Shown: in pieces, positions 1-15,150 of the stretch
Position numbering within the stretch: position 1 is the first letter of the stretch
How the letters are laid out: every line of letters starts with the position of its first letter
Assembly (NCBI RefSeq): GCF_009914755.1
Contig: NC_060930.1
Length of the DNA stretch: 64,000 nucleotides
From: the human T2T-CHM13v2.0 reference genome, Homo sapiens
Direction: 5' to 3' (one strand)
The notes under the pieces: model-generated
What the model was told of the DNA's origin: nothing
The model's input: the letters and a program-made list of their open reading frames with translations, nothing else
Databases searched by the model: none
Made by a program: the position numbers and the translations under genes

Positions 1-775
1 GATATATGTTTCCTTAGAGTGAAAATGTCATTTCCCTTCATTCCTGAAGGATAATTTCAATGCATACAGAATTTGCTGTTAATAGTTCATTTTTTCAGCA
101 CTTGAATAATGTGCCATTCCCATTTGGCCACCTGATTGTTGTTGAGAAATTGGTTGCTACTCAAATTGATGTGCCTCTGTAAGTAATGCATCATCTCTCT
201 CTGAATGCTTTCAAATTTTGGTCCCCGTTTTGAGTTCTCAGAAGATTAATTATAATCTGTCTTGGCATGGATTTTTTTTTAGTTTATTCTCTTTGGGGTT
301 TGTTCATTTTCTTGAACCTATAGATTTATGCCTTTTTACTAAATTGGGGAATATTTCTGCCATTGTTTCATTGAGTACTTTTTTACTCCAGTCTCTTTCT
401 TTGCTATTTTGGGACTCCAGTTATATGAATGTTGGAATTTTTGGTAGCTGCCTAACAAATCTCTGAGACTGAGGCTGTGTTTATTTTTCTTGCAATCTGT
501 TTTTCTCTCTATGCTCACATTGAGTAAACTCTATTGATCCAGTCTCCTGCAAACTAATTATATTCTTAGTAACTTCTACTCTACTGTTGAATGCATCCAG
601 TAAGCTTTTAAAAGTTTTTTTGTGTTTGTTGTATTTTTAGGTTCTATGATTTGCATTTGGTTCCTTTTTACCAGTTCTATTTTTCACTGAATATAATATT
701 AAATATTTTATTTAATTTAGTATGATTTGTTTTTGAATACTTGTTATGACAGTTACTTTAAAATTCTTGTCAGAT
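1..775 (-). mobile_element. Ancient L1M fragment (ORF1/inter-ORF region), antisense
   Basis: T-rich degenerate sequence resembling antisense L1 ORF1 (e.g. 'aaattggggaatatttctgccattgtttc'); runs off the window start. Confidence 0.7.
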
Positions 776-1514
776 ATACACTTAGCAAAATATGTACAGG
801 TTGTATATGCTGAAAATTACAGAATAGATGACTGAAATTAAATAAGTCTTAAGCAAATAAAGAGATATACCATTTGCATGAATCGGAAGAGTCAGCTTAA
901 TAAATATTTTAATTATTCTCAAATTAATCTATAAGCTTAACAAAATTCCTATCAAAATCCCACTATGTTACTTTTGTAGACATTAAAAACAACTTGTTTT
1001 AAATTTTATATAGAAAGAAAGAAACCTCAGAATAGCTAAAACAATCTTGATAAATAGAATAAAGTAAAAGAATGACTCCATCTAACTTTAGTACTTACTT
1101 TATACCTATCGTTATAATTATAGTGCCATATTGATAGATAGACATATAGATCAATAGAGCAGAATAGATAACTCGAAAATAGACCCATATAAATATGTCT
1201 GATTGATTTTTTACAAAGGAGCAAAAGCAATTATATGAGTATGGATATCCTTTTCAATAAATGATGCTAAAATAATTGCACAGCCATAGGCAAAATAAAA
1301 TAAAACAAACCTCAATTTAAGTCTCACTTCATTCAAAAATCAACTCAGGATAGATTAGGGAATTAAATTGTCAAATAGAAAACTACAAAAATCTTAAAAA
1401 AATAGGAGAAAACCTTCTATATCAAGGACTAGGCAGAGGTTTTAGACTTGACACCAAAAACACAATCCACTACAAGAAAAATTAGTTAAGTGGACACCAT
1501 CAAAATTAAAAACT

Positions 1515-2075
<561 letters not shown>

Positions 2076-3439
2076 TTAAAAAGAAGAAAACCTATTGCTC
2101 TGTGAAAGAACCTGTGAAGAGGGAAAAAAAGACAAACTACAAACTGGGAGAAAATGGTTGCAAACCACATATCTGACAAAGAAATAGTATCTACAGTATA
2201 AGAACTATTAAAATTCTTCATTAAAAATTCAACTTAAAATGGGAAAATAAACAGACATTTCATCAAAGAAAATCCACATGTTGTGACTAAGCACATGAAA
2301 ATATACTTAATTCATTAAGTAAAATCAAAACAAGATGTATTTATATATTTAACGGAATGGATAAAATAAAAAATAATGACAGCACCAAATGCTAGTGAGA
2401 TTGCAGAGAAACCAGATCATTCATCAATGCCTGGTGGAAATATAAAATGATATAGCCATTCTGGAAAACAGTTTGGCAGTTTCTTATAAAACTAAATACG
2501 GAATTACCATAGGATGACACTCAAGCGTTCATCCCAGAGAATTGAAAACTTAAGTTTACATTACAAATCTCTATATGAGTATTTATTGCATTTTTATTAA
2601 TAGTCAACTAATAGCCCAAACCTGGAAGTACCACGGCTATCCTTCAATATACTAATTAAACATGCTGTGGTACATGTATACCATGGAATATGACTCAGCA
2701 ATACAAAGAAGGAATTATTGATACATACAACACTTTGAATGTATTTTTAGGGAATATGCTGTGTGGGGGAAAAAAGCAATCCCAAAGATTACATACTATA
2801 TGATTCTATTTAAATAATTTTTTTTTAAAGATAAAATTTTAGACATAGAAAGCCACTTAGTGGTTGCCAGGGTTTAGGGAGAGGGAGGAACAGGGAATGT
2901 AACTATGCTGACAAGAGGGCAGTCTGAGAATCCATGTGGTGATACAACTGTTCCTTATCTTTAATGTGATGGTGGATACACAAATGTACATATGTGACCA
3001 AAATGATTGAAACTAACACACAAACTCAGCTTTAAGTAAAACTGGAAAATGTGAATAAAATGAGTAGATTGTAGCAATGTCATTCTTCTGAATGTAATAC
3101 TCTATTCCAGTTTTTCAAATTGCTACCAATGAGGGATTCTAAGTATATGCGATCTTTCTGTGTTGGTTCTTATAAGTGCATGTGAGTCTAAAATAATTTT
3201 AAAATAAAGAATAACTTTTTAAAAAATCAATGAATTCATATTTACACCCACCCCCATGATCATAATCGATCTCAAAATCTGTTAGTAGATCAACTCAATA
3301 ATCTGAGTATTGACATTTTTTAAAAAAAGAAACAACTCAAATGGCTTTCCTGAAGAAAATTTTTTCAATGTAAGCAAGAAAACTCAGTAAACGATCTTTT
3401 TTCATTATAGAAGAATTTTAGCTTAGCTATTCTAATAGG

Positions 3440-4525
3440 TAAATGAGTCATTAGTACTGAGTATTAAAATAGTGACATGAAAAGTTGAAGGTGTATTGAA
3501 TAATGATCATATTGATAATACCTGGACTTACTGATTAATCTTGGCATCAATAATAGCGGAGAAATACATGTTATGTGTTCTACAACGTGTTGTAATAAAA
3601 ATGTTATAGAAAAATCTATGAAGCCCTTTTGCCTAAAAATTTAAACCTGAATTTAATCGAATATTTATATACATGTCAATAAACAGGAAATATATAGAAT
3701 AAAATAAAAATTAAGTCACAATGGAGTATTTGGCTGAATCCAGGATTTGGTACATTTTACAGAACAAATGTCTTAGTTTCTCTGTGAATATCAATGGCGA
3801 AAATATGCTAAAGAGATGAATGGGACTGTTACAGAAAAAAACAACAAAAACAACAGAGCCCAAACAACCATTTTTTTGCATCCTAACTGAAACAAATCAA
3901 CTATAAATATACTGTTTTGAGACTATTGTTAAAACTTGAATATATTCTAAGTATTTAACTTTTTAAAAAATTTATACATTTTATTTTTGAGGAAAGGTCT
4001 TGCTCTGTCACCTGGGCTGAACACAGTGACGTGACCACAGCTCACTGCAGCCTCAAACTCGGGCTCAAGCAAGCTCTCCCAACCAGCTAGGGCTGCAAGT
4101 GTGCATTACCACGCTTGGCTACTTAAATTTTTTTTTGTAGCAATGAGGTCTCGCTATTTTGCCCAGGCTTATCTTGACCTCCTGGACTCAAGCTTTTCTC
4201 CCACCTTGGCCTCCCAAAGTGTTGGGATTACATGCCTGAGCCACTAAGCCTGGTCAGTATTAAATAATATTAAGAGTTTATTGTTAATGTGTTAAACAAT
4301 ACATATCATGATATTTATCTAAAATAAAATATAGCACATATGAATTCTGAAATATTTATTCAAATAATTTATAGTAATTTATCCTAAATACTTACAAATG
4401 TAGGGGTCCCAGATGAAATAAGACTGGTAAACTGTTAATTCTTGATGAAGGATGATGAGCACATAAAATTTATTAGCATTTTTCTATCTTAGTGTATGCT
4501 AACATTGTACTTAATAAAAAGTAAA
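3440..4525 (+). mobile_element. L1MC/L1ME 3'UTR remnant split by AluJ
   Basis: 'aaaaatttaaacctgaatttaatc' and 'gatgaaataagactgg'-type 3'UTR motifs. Confidence 0.6.
3970..4255 (-). mobile_element. AluJ
   Basis: Antisense dimer with J-type 'cacagctcactgcagcctcaaactc', 'gggctcaagc' and 'ggtctcgctattttgcccagg'. Confidence 0.92.
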
Positions 4526-4711
4526 AGAACCTTTAAAATCATTATTTCCTAATATCAAACACATATTAGACCCTTTTACCTGACTTGGGGTATTTATTTA
4601 ATTCGTACTGAACTTGTATCACTAAACCATATATAGTTCAAGGGAGCAGTGGATAGAAACCCTTTTCATTCCTTACATTTCTTAATCTTACATGTATAAG
4701 CCCAACAAAAT

Positions 4712-4721
4712 ACACACACAG

Positions 4722-4756
<35 letters not shown>
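4712..4756. repeat. (CA)n microsatellite
   Basis: Read directly. Confidence 0.98.
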
Positions 4757-4757
<1 letters not shown>

Positions 4758-4899
4758 TCAACCTTATACTCTGATGCCATTGGTGTATGAGAATGGAGAC
4801 GTCTAATGTCTAAAATTATATCTTATGCTCATAATAGCTGAGTGTCAATAAATAAAACTTTTGACTAAATAAACCGTATAAACTGAAAACATGCTCAGA

Positions 4900-5460
4900 T
4901 TGTTCTACCTCAAAGAATTTCCAGAAAGTAAATTTTAGCATGTAAACAAATTCAATTCAAAAAAGAACAATGCCAGCAACAAAAAGCGCCCCCACCACCC
5001 CTCACCACCACCGTTTGTGTATACATCCAGTCATCATCCCTCTTAAAATCTAAATGCTTTCTGGAATTTTATCATCATAATCTTGGTTTGCATTTTTTGA
5101 ATTTTATATAAGTTGAAATGTACAGTGTATAGTCCTGTGTCGGCCATTTTGCCTTAATATTATAAGAGTCTAATTCTATTTATGTGTGTAGCAATAATTT
5201 GTTTATTATCATTCGCTTATAGTATTCTGTTCTGAAAATACATCACATTTTTAATCATTACAATGTTTTCAGAAATATTGGTTGTTTTGAAATTTTTCCT
5301 ATCACAAATAGTTTTCAATTGAGCATTACAATGCTCAATATTCCATGGTCAATCTTGCGTATGTTTTTTGATGCACATGTCGGTTGAGCATATATCTGAC
5401 TGTCATATTTCTGGGTTTAGCAGTTTGAATGCATTTCCCTTATTTCAATTTGCCTATTAT
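4900..5460 (-). mobile_element. Degenerate L1ME 3'-end fragment
   Basis: 'tatagtattctgtt...gaaatattggttgttttgaaattttt' resembles antisense L1ME 3'UTR. Confidence 0.55.
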
Positions 5461-5908
5461 GTATTGGTTCTTTCTGCCCTTTAATGTTTCTGAACATCTT
5501 TAAAGGGTTCTCTTCCTCACAGCATAGTATTGCATTGTTTCGTTAGACAAACCGTGTTTTGTTGTTGTTTTTTTTTTTGCTTCTAACAGGTGATTACCAG
5601 AGTCCAAATTGTATCAGAGAGAGAAACACTTACCATATGATTCAGTCTCTTTATCTTTGTCATGTACACGTCTGATGCTAATCTTTATAAATGGATATAT
5701 CCTTTTTTTTCGGTCCAAGTATTACTTTAGAGTTTAACAGAATTACTAGAACACATTTTGGTTTTCCCAATTCTGGGATATTTTTCCTTTTGTGTGCTTG
5801 CCATCCTAATACATAGGTTGGAGTCATATTTTATTTCAGAGTATATACATTAATTATACATTTTAACATTTTTTCCTGCTCCAGTGCTTTTCGCAGTTAT
5901 CTCTATAA

Positions 5909-7363
<1,455 letters not shown>

Positions 7364-10149
7364 TCGTAAGCTTATTAAAGAAATAATAATATCTGTGGCA
7401 TTTATTTACTCTCCTGGGTTTTCTAGTTTAACATTCAATGTCAAAATCAATCCTTTTGTCATTTCTGACTCTTCCCTGAGTACTATCAGCTCTTAAGTTT
7501 CCCCCTTTTTAAAACAAACTAACTTCTAAGTTTTTTTAATTGTAGTAGATGTGATTTTATTTATACTTTGATTACACTTCTAAATTACATTATCTTGTTT
7601 TTAATTATTATCTTAAAATTTTTTTGTGCTTTCTGGGCTTTATTCTTATCCAGCACAGTATTCTTCTTTATCTTATGACACATCTCTTCCTCTGACCAAT
7701 GAGTCCATATTATAGATGGAACTTCTACTCTGAACAATTTCTTCTCAGTGCTAATTTTTATTCTAAAAAGGTACCTCATTTGACTAATTCGAAAGTCCTT
7801 TGGTTACAGAACATTCTAACATTTTTCAACCTTTCCGTAGTCTTCTTGTTTTTTTCCATAAATGGGAGCTTGGTAAACCCTGACCTGGATTTGGCTGTGT
7901 TGCCAGATTATTCTGTTGAAATTAGATCCATGACCTCTCAGTTTGGTAGCAGCTAATATTTCAGAGTTCTCTTACTGTCAGAACTGTAAATCACTTGGAT
8001 TTTCTTTTAGGTCCTCCCAAATAGTTATTACCATACAGGTTTCCTTCTTTTGATGGATACTTTTCACTCAATTTTTGTAACTGTTCATGGCTATCTCATT
8101 TTTACCCAAATTCCTCAATATCTGCTTATGGAAATAGAGACTTAAACACTATGCCCCCACTGCCACTGCCCAGCCAACTCACTTTTTACTTTCAGCACTG
8201 AGAAATGAATGGCATAGTCTCCACTGATGGACGTAAGAATATAAATATGTAAGAATTTTACACAAAGGGTTGAATTTGCTGATGTAAGAAATTACACGTG
8301 ATATTCAGAATCACCTATTTAAATTTCTCTAGAAAATGAATTATATGTAAGGAATACATTTAACATAAAGTTCAAAATTATTTTGCAGCTAGATCAGAGG
8401 GATCTGAATGATGGTATAACAAATTTCTTATTACCATTTATGTAGTTTTTTCAACGTATTTCTTTAGTCATTGTTGTAAAGCTTCCTGCTGCGTTTTAGC
8501 AATGGATTGTGACAGATGTTTAATGAAAGTTGAGAGTGTTTTTATTCAACACCATAAGCTTTTCAGAAGAAAGACAGTATGCAAATTTAAATCATAAGTA
8601 ACTGAAGTGAGCATCAGGATGCTTTCTCAAAAGAATACATAAGTAGTATGTTAAAAACAGATAAAAATGTAATGGGCTTAGATTTAAAAGATTATGAAAT
8701 TGAGGAGTGCATAATTTCAAGCTGCTTTATTATTTCAGAAAAAAAAGTTTAATTTCATTTCACTAGAGTGCCTACCTAGACACAGGAGAAAGTGACTGTA
8801 AGGCACAGGTGAATGACTGTGCCAAGAATTACTATATAATTGGAAAATGTACGATTAGGGAGAGAAATAGATGCAGTTTAAACTGGTTATCATCCAAAAT
8901 CATTGATGTTATGGGAGGAATTGGTTAAGTGAATTATAAATTACATCCTTTTAATGGAATGTTGTTTTTACAATGGTATTTTTTTAAAAGTTTTAATACA
9001 ATTGGAACATGTTCATATTACATAATGTTTATGTGTGTGTATGTTTATATGTTTTGCTAAGGGAATGCTTACTTTCACATTTTGTTTCTTTCCAAGTGGA
9101 CAATTTTTTATTGGTGTAGCACTCCTGACCACCATTTTCCATTTTAATCATTCTTTCCGCAAGTTACATGTAAAAATTAAATATTATTGATTTATTTGAA
9201 AAAAATGATTTCTTATATTCTGCTCAGTTTCACAGTTTTTCTTTGGGACCAAGCTATTTGCCCAAAGCAGGAGTTATTTCTTAGATCAGACCTTCAATAT
9301 TATTGGGGCACATCCTTCAGGTGGGGAAGCACTGCTCCAAAGTTGCCAATGAACAGGTGAGTAATTTTGTCTAATTTTAGGGTTTAGTTAGCAAATAAAT
9401 TTGGCTCTCATACCAAATAGTCTAGTTTTTTATTGGTAACATTATTATACTTTGTTTTATTTCTCTTTTTTTTTTCACCCAGAAATTGTGCCATGAAGGT
9501 TGGTACTATGTAATGGGTCATCACAAAATAATTTCACTGGTTCATCCAATAATTCACAAAATTTCAAAGACAAGAATTTGGAAACACACACAATTTAGAA
9601 TTGAGATGATCCACATTGCAGCAAGTTGTAATTTCAGTTTATAAATCACTCATATTTCTACTACCCAGAAAAATATGAGTTATTTATCAATTATTTGAAT
9701 AGTAATCCATCAAGACATTGGAGCAAAATGCATAGATGCCAATTTGTAGATCTAGAGGAAAGTTTAAAACATTTAACTTCCAAAGAATAATTAAGGTAAT
9801 TATGCATAATTTAGGTACTTTACTCACTGGAACACAAGTTTTTATGACCTAACTTCAGACAAAAAACTCCAAAAATCCTAACAGATTAAATGCTGTTAGA
9901 AAGACATTAGAATTATTTTACCCAAAGTGACCAGCAGCAAATACCAATCCTATTATTTAATAACTATGAATGCATGAATGTGATACAAATATGTGTCAAC
10001 CACTAGACTTTAATAAAGTAAATTGGAATAAGGAATTTTCAATTACTCATTGAAGTGTATGAACTACTTAGAAATGTCTCCTTCAGCTTAACTATAGACC
10101 ACTAAAAATATCACATAAAACTAATCTAACTTTGTTTTTGTTTTGTAGA

Positions 10150-10390
10150 AAGTGAATTATGATATCAGGCTTTTAAGAGAGATTTAAAAATAAATGGATA
10201 AAATACACAAACGTTCTTATCAACTATGTATAAAATCATATATGTAAAGTTTCAAAGGAAATACACCAACACGTTAGTAGTGAACGACTGTAGGTAGTGG
10301 AATAATAGATTATGTTTATTTTTGTATTTATATTTTTTATGTATTTTGAAAATATTCCACATTGGGATCAGCAATATAATTGATTAATAA
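10150..10390 (+). mobile_element. L1ME/MC 3'-terminal remnant
   Basis: 'aaggaaatacaccaacacgttagtagtg...gtattttgaaaatattccac'. Confidence 0.5.
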
Positions 10391-10992
10391 AAATAAATTA
10401 GCACTGCATAAACCAAACCGAACCAAACGTGGGTTTTTGGCTAGGTTTTGCAATTTTCAGCTTGTTGCTTTGCCATTGGATAGCTATAAAATTAGGGAAA
10501 GCCATTCATTGAAATTTACCTTTTTTATGGAAAAACAAGGATTTTCATACAATTGCAGAAAATATATAGCGAAAACTAATTTTAATACCAGGACAATACA
10601 GTTGTCATCCAGATGTACTTGCTTCTTTCCTGCCAAAATGTTTATTTGTCTATATCTTGCTCTGTTATCCATGAGAAAAAATGGCAATATTCTGATTATG
10701 ATACTCACAACTACAACATAATCAGCATATCTGTAGATGGATAATTTGTTCACTTTGTTGCCAATAATATTTACATAACTGTAAGCTCTGCTATCATTTC
10801 TTTTTTTCTCACATATGAAAATAAGTGATGTTTTCTATATGTAGAATCTCCTTTGCTAGTAATTTAAGAGTAGATAACTGTGTAAAGAATTATCAACAGT
10901 TTACATTAGTATCTTCTTTGGTGTATTAAGAAGACATTTTTGAGATTTTTCAGTCTATGATTTCTAATAGATGTTGTATTAAAAATTGGGTG

Positions 10993-11455
10993 CATATTCA
11001 CAATAGCAAAGACATGGAATCAACCCAAATGCCCATTAATGATAGACTGGATAAAGAAAATATGGTACATATACACCATGAAATACTATGCAGTCATAAA
11101 AAGGAACAAGATCAAATCCTTTGAAGGGACATGGATGAAAGCCATTATCCTCAACAAACTAACACAGGAACCTAAAACCAAACACTGCATGTTCTCACTT
11201 ATAAGTGGAAGCTGAATGATGAGAACACATGGACACATGGAAAAGGAAACAACACACACTGGGTCCTGTCCAGCCCTGTGTGGCCACGGGGGCAGGGGGA
11301 GGAAAAGCATCAGGAAGAACAGCTATGCTGGGCTTAATACCTAGGTGATGGGGTTAATCTGTGCAACAAACCACTATGGCAAGTATATACCTGTATAACA
11401 AACCTGCACATCCTGCACATGTACCCCAGAACTTAAAACAAAAGTTGAAGAAAAT
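10993..11455 (+). mobile_element. L1PA13-like 3' end
   Basis: 'aatagcaaagacatggaatcaacccaaatgccc...gcatcaggaagaacagcta...aacttaaaacaaaagttgaagaaaa'. Confidence 0.9.
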
Positions 11456-11469
11456 CAACTCAGATAAAT

Positions 11470-12420
11470 TCAAAATAAAATGATTGGAAAACATATACAG
11501 GAGCTATTATGGGTGACATATTTCATAAAAGTATAAAGATAAAAGTATAAAAGGAAGTTTATGCAATTATAAATTTATACACTGTTTATAACTTGGCATC
11601 AGTTATATTAAAAAAGCTGACCAAAAGAAAAGTACGGAGAGACAAATCCATGATAATGTTTGAAAATTTTATTACACCTCATTCTATAAGTGACAGACCA
11701 GTTGTCAAAAAAATTATTGGCTATATATTAGATTTGAACAAGAAAATTAACCAGTTTGATCTAGTGACATATTGAACACTGCAATCAATAACAAGAAAAT
11801 GCATATAGTAAATTTTTAAAAATGCACTATTGTGTCATCAATATATCTGCAAAATAACAAAAGTTTGAAATTAATGTAGTAAAGGTTTTCTGATAACTAT
11901 GAATTAAATTATCGTTCTATTATTGAAAGAGAAAAATAATGTTTTTTTTTCTTAATACAGTTTTCAGGTAACAAGGATGATAAACAGTAGAGGGTAGTGA
12001 AAAGGGAATGAAGATGAGAGAGGTGACATTACCAAAAGGCTCTATCACAATCTTAACACCAAGGACAGAATATTGCATTTCTGTCATGTAAATGTTTGAA
12101 TATTTACATGAAACAAAGTAACTCATTGGTCCAAGAAGATATTACAATGGAAATTAATAAATAATTTGAAGTGATTATTAATAACAATATGATCTATCAA
12201 AGGCTGTAAAATTCTACTACAAAATAATTAAAAGAATATTATAGCTTAAATGCATGTATTAAAAATACTAAAAATTTAAAATCAATTACCTATACTGTCA
12301 CCATAAAAGCTAAAGAAAAAGGAACAATGTAAGCTCCAAGAAACTAGAAAGTAAGAAATAATATAAATTGATGCCAGAAATCAGTGAAATGGAAAATTTT
12401 ACAAAATGGGTACAAAAGTC
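11470..12420 (+). mobile_element. Ancient L1M ORF2 (endonuclease-proximal) remnant, interrupted by the inverted duplication
   Basis: 'gatttgaacaagaaaattaaccagtttgatctag', 'ccaagaagatattacaatggaaatt', 'ttatagcttaaatgcatgtatt'. Confidence 0.75.
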
Positions 12421-12840
12421 TCACAATAATTAATCTGTTATTAATATAATACAAAAATACAACAATATGTATATTTTAAAAGATGTGTTTCACCATGAAA
12501 TAAAATCAAACACAATTTTTATGGATAATGTTAGTACAAAATTCTGACTTAGCAATCAACCACAATTTGGCTTTACTGAACAATACTCCTTCTTTCACAA
12601 GTCACTTTCTTTCTCTTTTGAGGATACATGCCTACAAAACAAAGACAGGAATATTGCATTGGGACAAATATATTAGAATGATTTTATTTTACTGTCATAA
12701 GTGACTTTTTTTTGCAATATTCTGTCCTTGGTGTTAAGATTGTGATAGAGCCTTTTGGTAATGTCACTTCTCTCGTCTTCATTCCCTTTTCACTACCCTC
12801 TACTGTTTATCATCCTTGTTACCTGAAAACTGTATTAAGA
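11950..12840. repeat. 128-bp inverted repeat (arms 11950-12077 and 12713-12840; 635-bp spacer)
   Basis: Manual reverse-complement alignment gives 126/128 identity. Confidence 0.97.
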
Positions 12841-14699
12841 GTCTCAACCACAGTAAGAGTTAGGAGTTAGGAAACTCCTTTCATATATGCTTATAGCATA
12901 AGTTTTAATAATATTTTCTTATCACAAATAAACAAATGTGGGATGGGTTATATATTATATGGGATTGATTAGTAATTTGAGAACCAATATGTTTAGTCTA
13001 TTTATTAAAATGGTTAATTTTTCCTTCCCTATTTCTCTGCAAAGATGTTTTAAAGCTAGTTAACTTCTTTGTTGTGCAGATCTTACAAGATGTATAAGTA
13101 AATCACCAATAAACTAGAAAAGAACATAATCGAATACTGTATAAAATAAGAAATCTAATCAGTCAACATACTTTTGAAAGTATTTTCAATGTCTCTGATA
13201 ATACGGTACAAATCAATCTGCAAAGCAGTGGCATGTCAAAGAAATAATTGTTCTTCAGAAGGTAAAACTTATTCTGTTTAATAGACGCACTCATATTTCT
13301 AATGTCATGAATTGGTAAACATCTTTTAAATCAATAATCTGTAACAGGGTCTAAAAACAGCTAGGTCCTTGGAAATAGTAATTGTACATGTTAAAATGGA
13401 TTCAAATGAAGAGTATTTTAAGTTATTTCCCAAAGATATTCATAAAATGCTTTATTTATAATATTAGATGAATAAAGTAGGTCTCAAATATAGGTTACCT
13501 CGTTATTAAAATGTTACAATATGTATACAAAAGATTGAAGAATGTAGATTTTAGTGAAGATACTTGGTGGAATAATGTATATTTTCTTAACAATTTGAAA
13601 AATGTTATTTTAATGTTCCATGAGAAAAATACTATATAAATTTTTTTATAAAACAAGGCAATATTATCTTTCTTGCAAGTTCTTCTGTATGTACCCACAG
13701 CCCTACTTAATACTTTTCAATTATACTATTCGTTCAATTTTGATATTATAATTCCGTCTAATGTATACATTGTCACTACTTAAATGTGAGCTCTCTATGT
13801 TGTGTAAGGTCCAGAATCCAATGTACAGTAATAATAATAAATGACTAAATAATTTTAAACTTTATTAACAAATAATATTGATAATTGAGTTCAAAATATG
13901 CATACCTTTTATCCAGTTCTGCTAATTCAAATTATCTGTTATGAGTCTTATATATATATAGTTGATTTGCCATTAATAAAAATATCATATTCAATTATTA
14001 CTATGCACATTGATGTTTATATTGGTTTTTCTCTGCTTGATTTATCTTATCACTATTTTAGTTTTATATATTACTATATATGATTATTATAAAACTACTG
14101 TCTTACAAGCACAAAATTTTATTTTTAGTACACTGACACCTGTTGTTAAATTTAACACAACTCAGCATATATTCAACAATTCTTCTAGTTTTACTATACT
14201 GCACGATTTTAATATAAATGAATTTCTAAATTTCCCAAATATTTTAAGTTTTATTAGAATGTTTACATTCTTAAGGTTTTAGGATTTTTAAATAACTGTT
14301 TCTTGATCTATTTTTCTGTTTTGAATTTGGGTTTATTTTTATACTTGACTGCTCCTAAAATGGTATATCAATATTTTTATACCAACTATAAATATGTTGT
14401 TCAAGTGTTAAGGTGATCAGATTTTAGAATTGTTAAGTGCCTTTTACGTACTGCCTAAGTACATAAAGTACTTAAAGTACATAAAGAGTGAGTACTGCAT
14501 TTCACTCAACTTACATGGCAAGACACTATGTATATACCACAAGCAAAAATAATAAATTTAAATTATTTTATGCATTTTCTATGGATTGTGGCTAGAATTG
14601 TTCTTGAGTCTTCAAAATATTATTGCAAATTATTGTATTTACATGTGTGTGAACAGATAAGCAAATTCAAAGAAGAAATAAAATTCAACAACAATATAT

Positions 14700-15150
14700 C
14701 CAGACATTAGATCAGGAAATAAAATATTAGCAACATGCAAAAGTGTCTTGTCTACCCAAGCCAAGTTCTATCTTCCATCTCTGTTCTTACAGAAAACCAC
14801 TACCCAGAATTGATTGTTAATCATTACTTTGACTTATTTTAATGGAATTTACTATCTGCATATACATTGCAAACAAATACACTGATTAGTTTTACCTATT
14901 TTAAAAACTTATTTAAATGGAATTCCTCTGCTTGTATTTTTGTGCCCATTGTGTTGTTCCCTTTTAATATTTTTGAGGTTTATCCATACTGACTTGTGTG
15001 GTAGTTCATTTTTTTTCCACTGCTGTGTGGTATTATATGAATATTTTACTACGTATTACCATCTGTGCATTCCACTGTTGATAGGCATTTAAATTGTTTC
15101 CAGTTTTTGCAATTACAAACTATGTTATCTGAGGGATATGCATTCATACA
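14700..15150 (-). mobile_element. L1ME 3'-end fragment
   Basis: 'cattccactgttgataggcatttaaattgtttccagtttttgcaattacaaac'. Confidence 0.75.

Noticed and set aside
10408-10450. Imperfect hairpin of AAACC/GGTTT units
   Set aside because: Too short and degenerate to assign
13499-13562. Minus-strand exon candidate ending GAG|GTAACC
   Set aside because: Weak acceptor and donor; low-complexity translation
14457-14487. Three 9-bp AAGTAC(A/T)TA units (similar micro-repeats at 8233-8290 and 53704-53735)
   Set aside because: Common micro-duplications with no further structure
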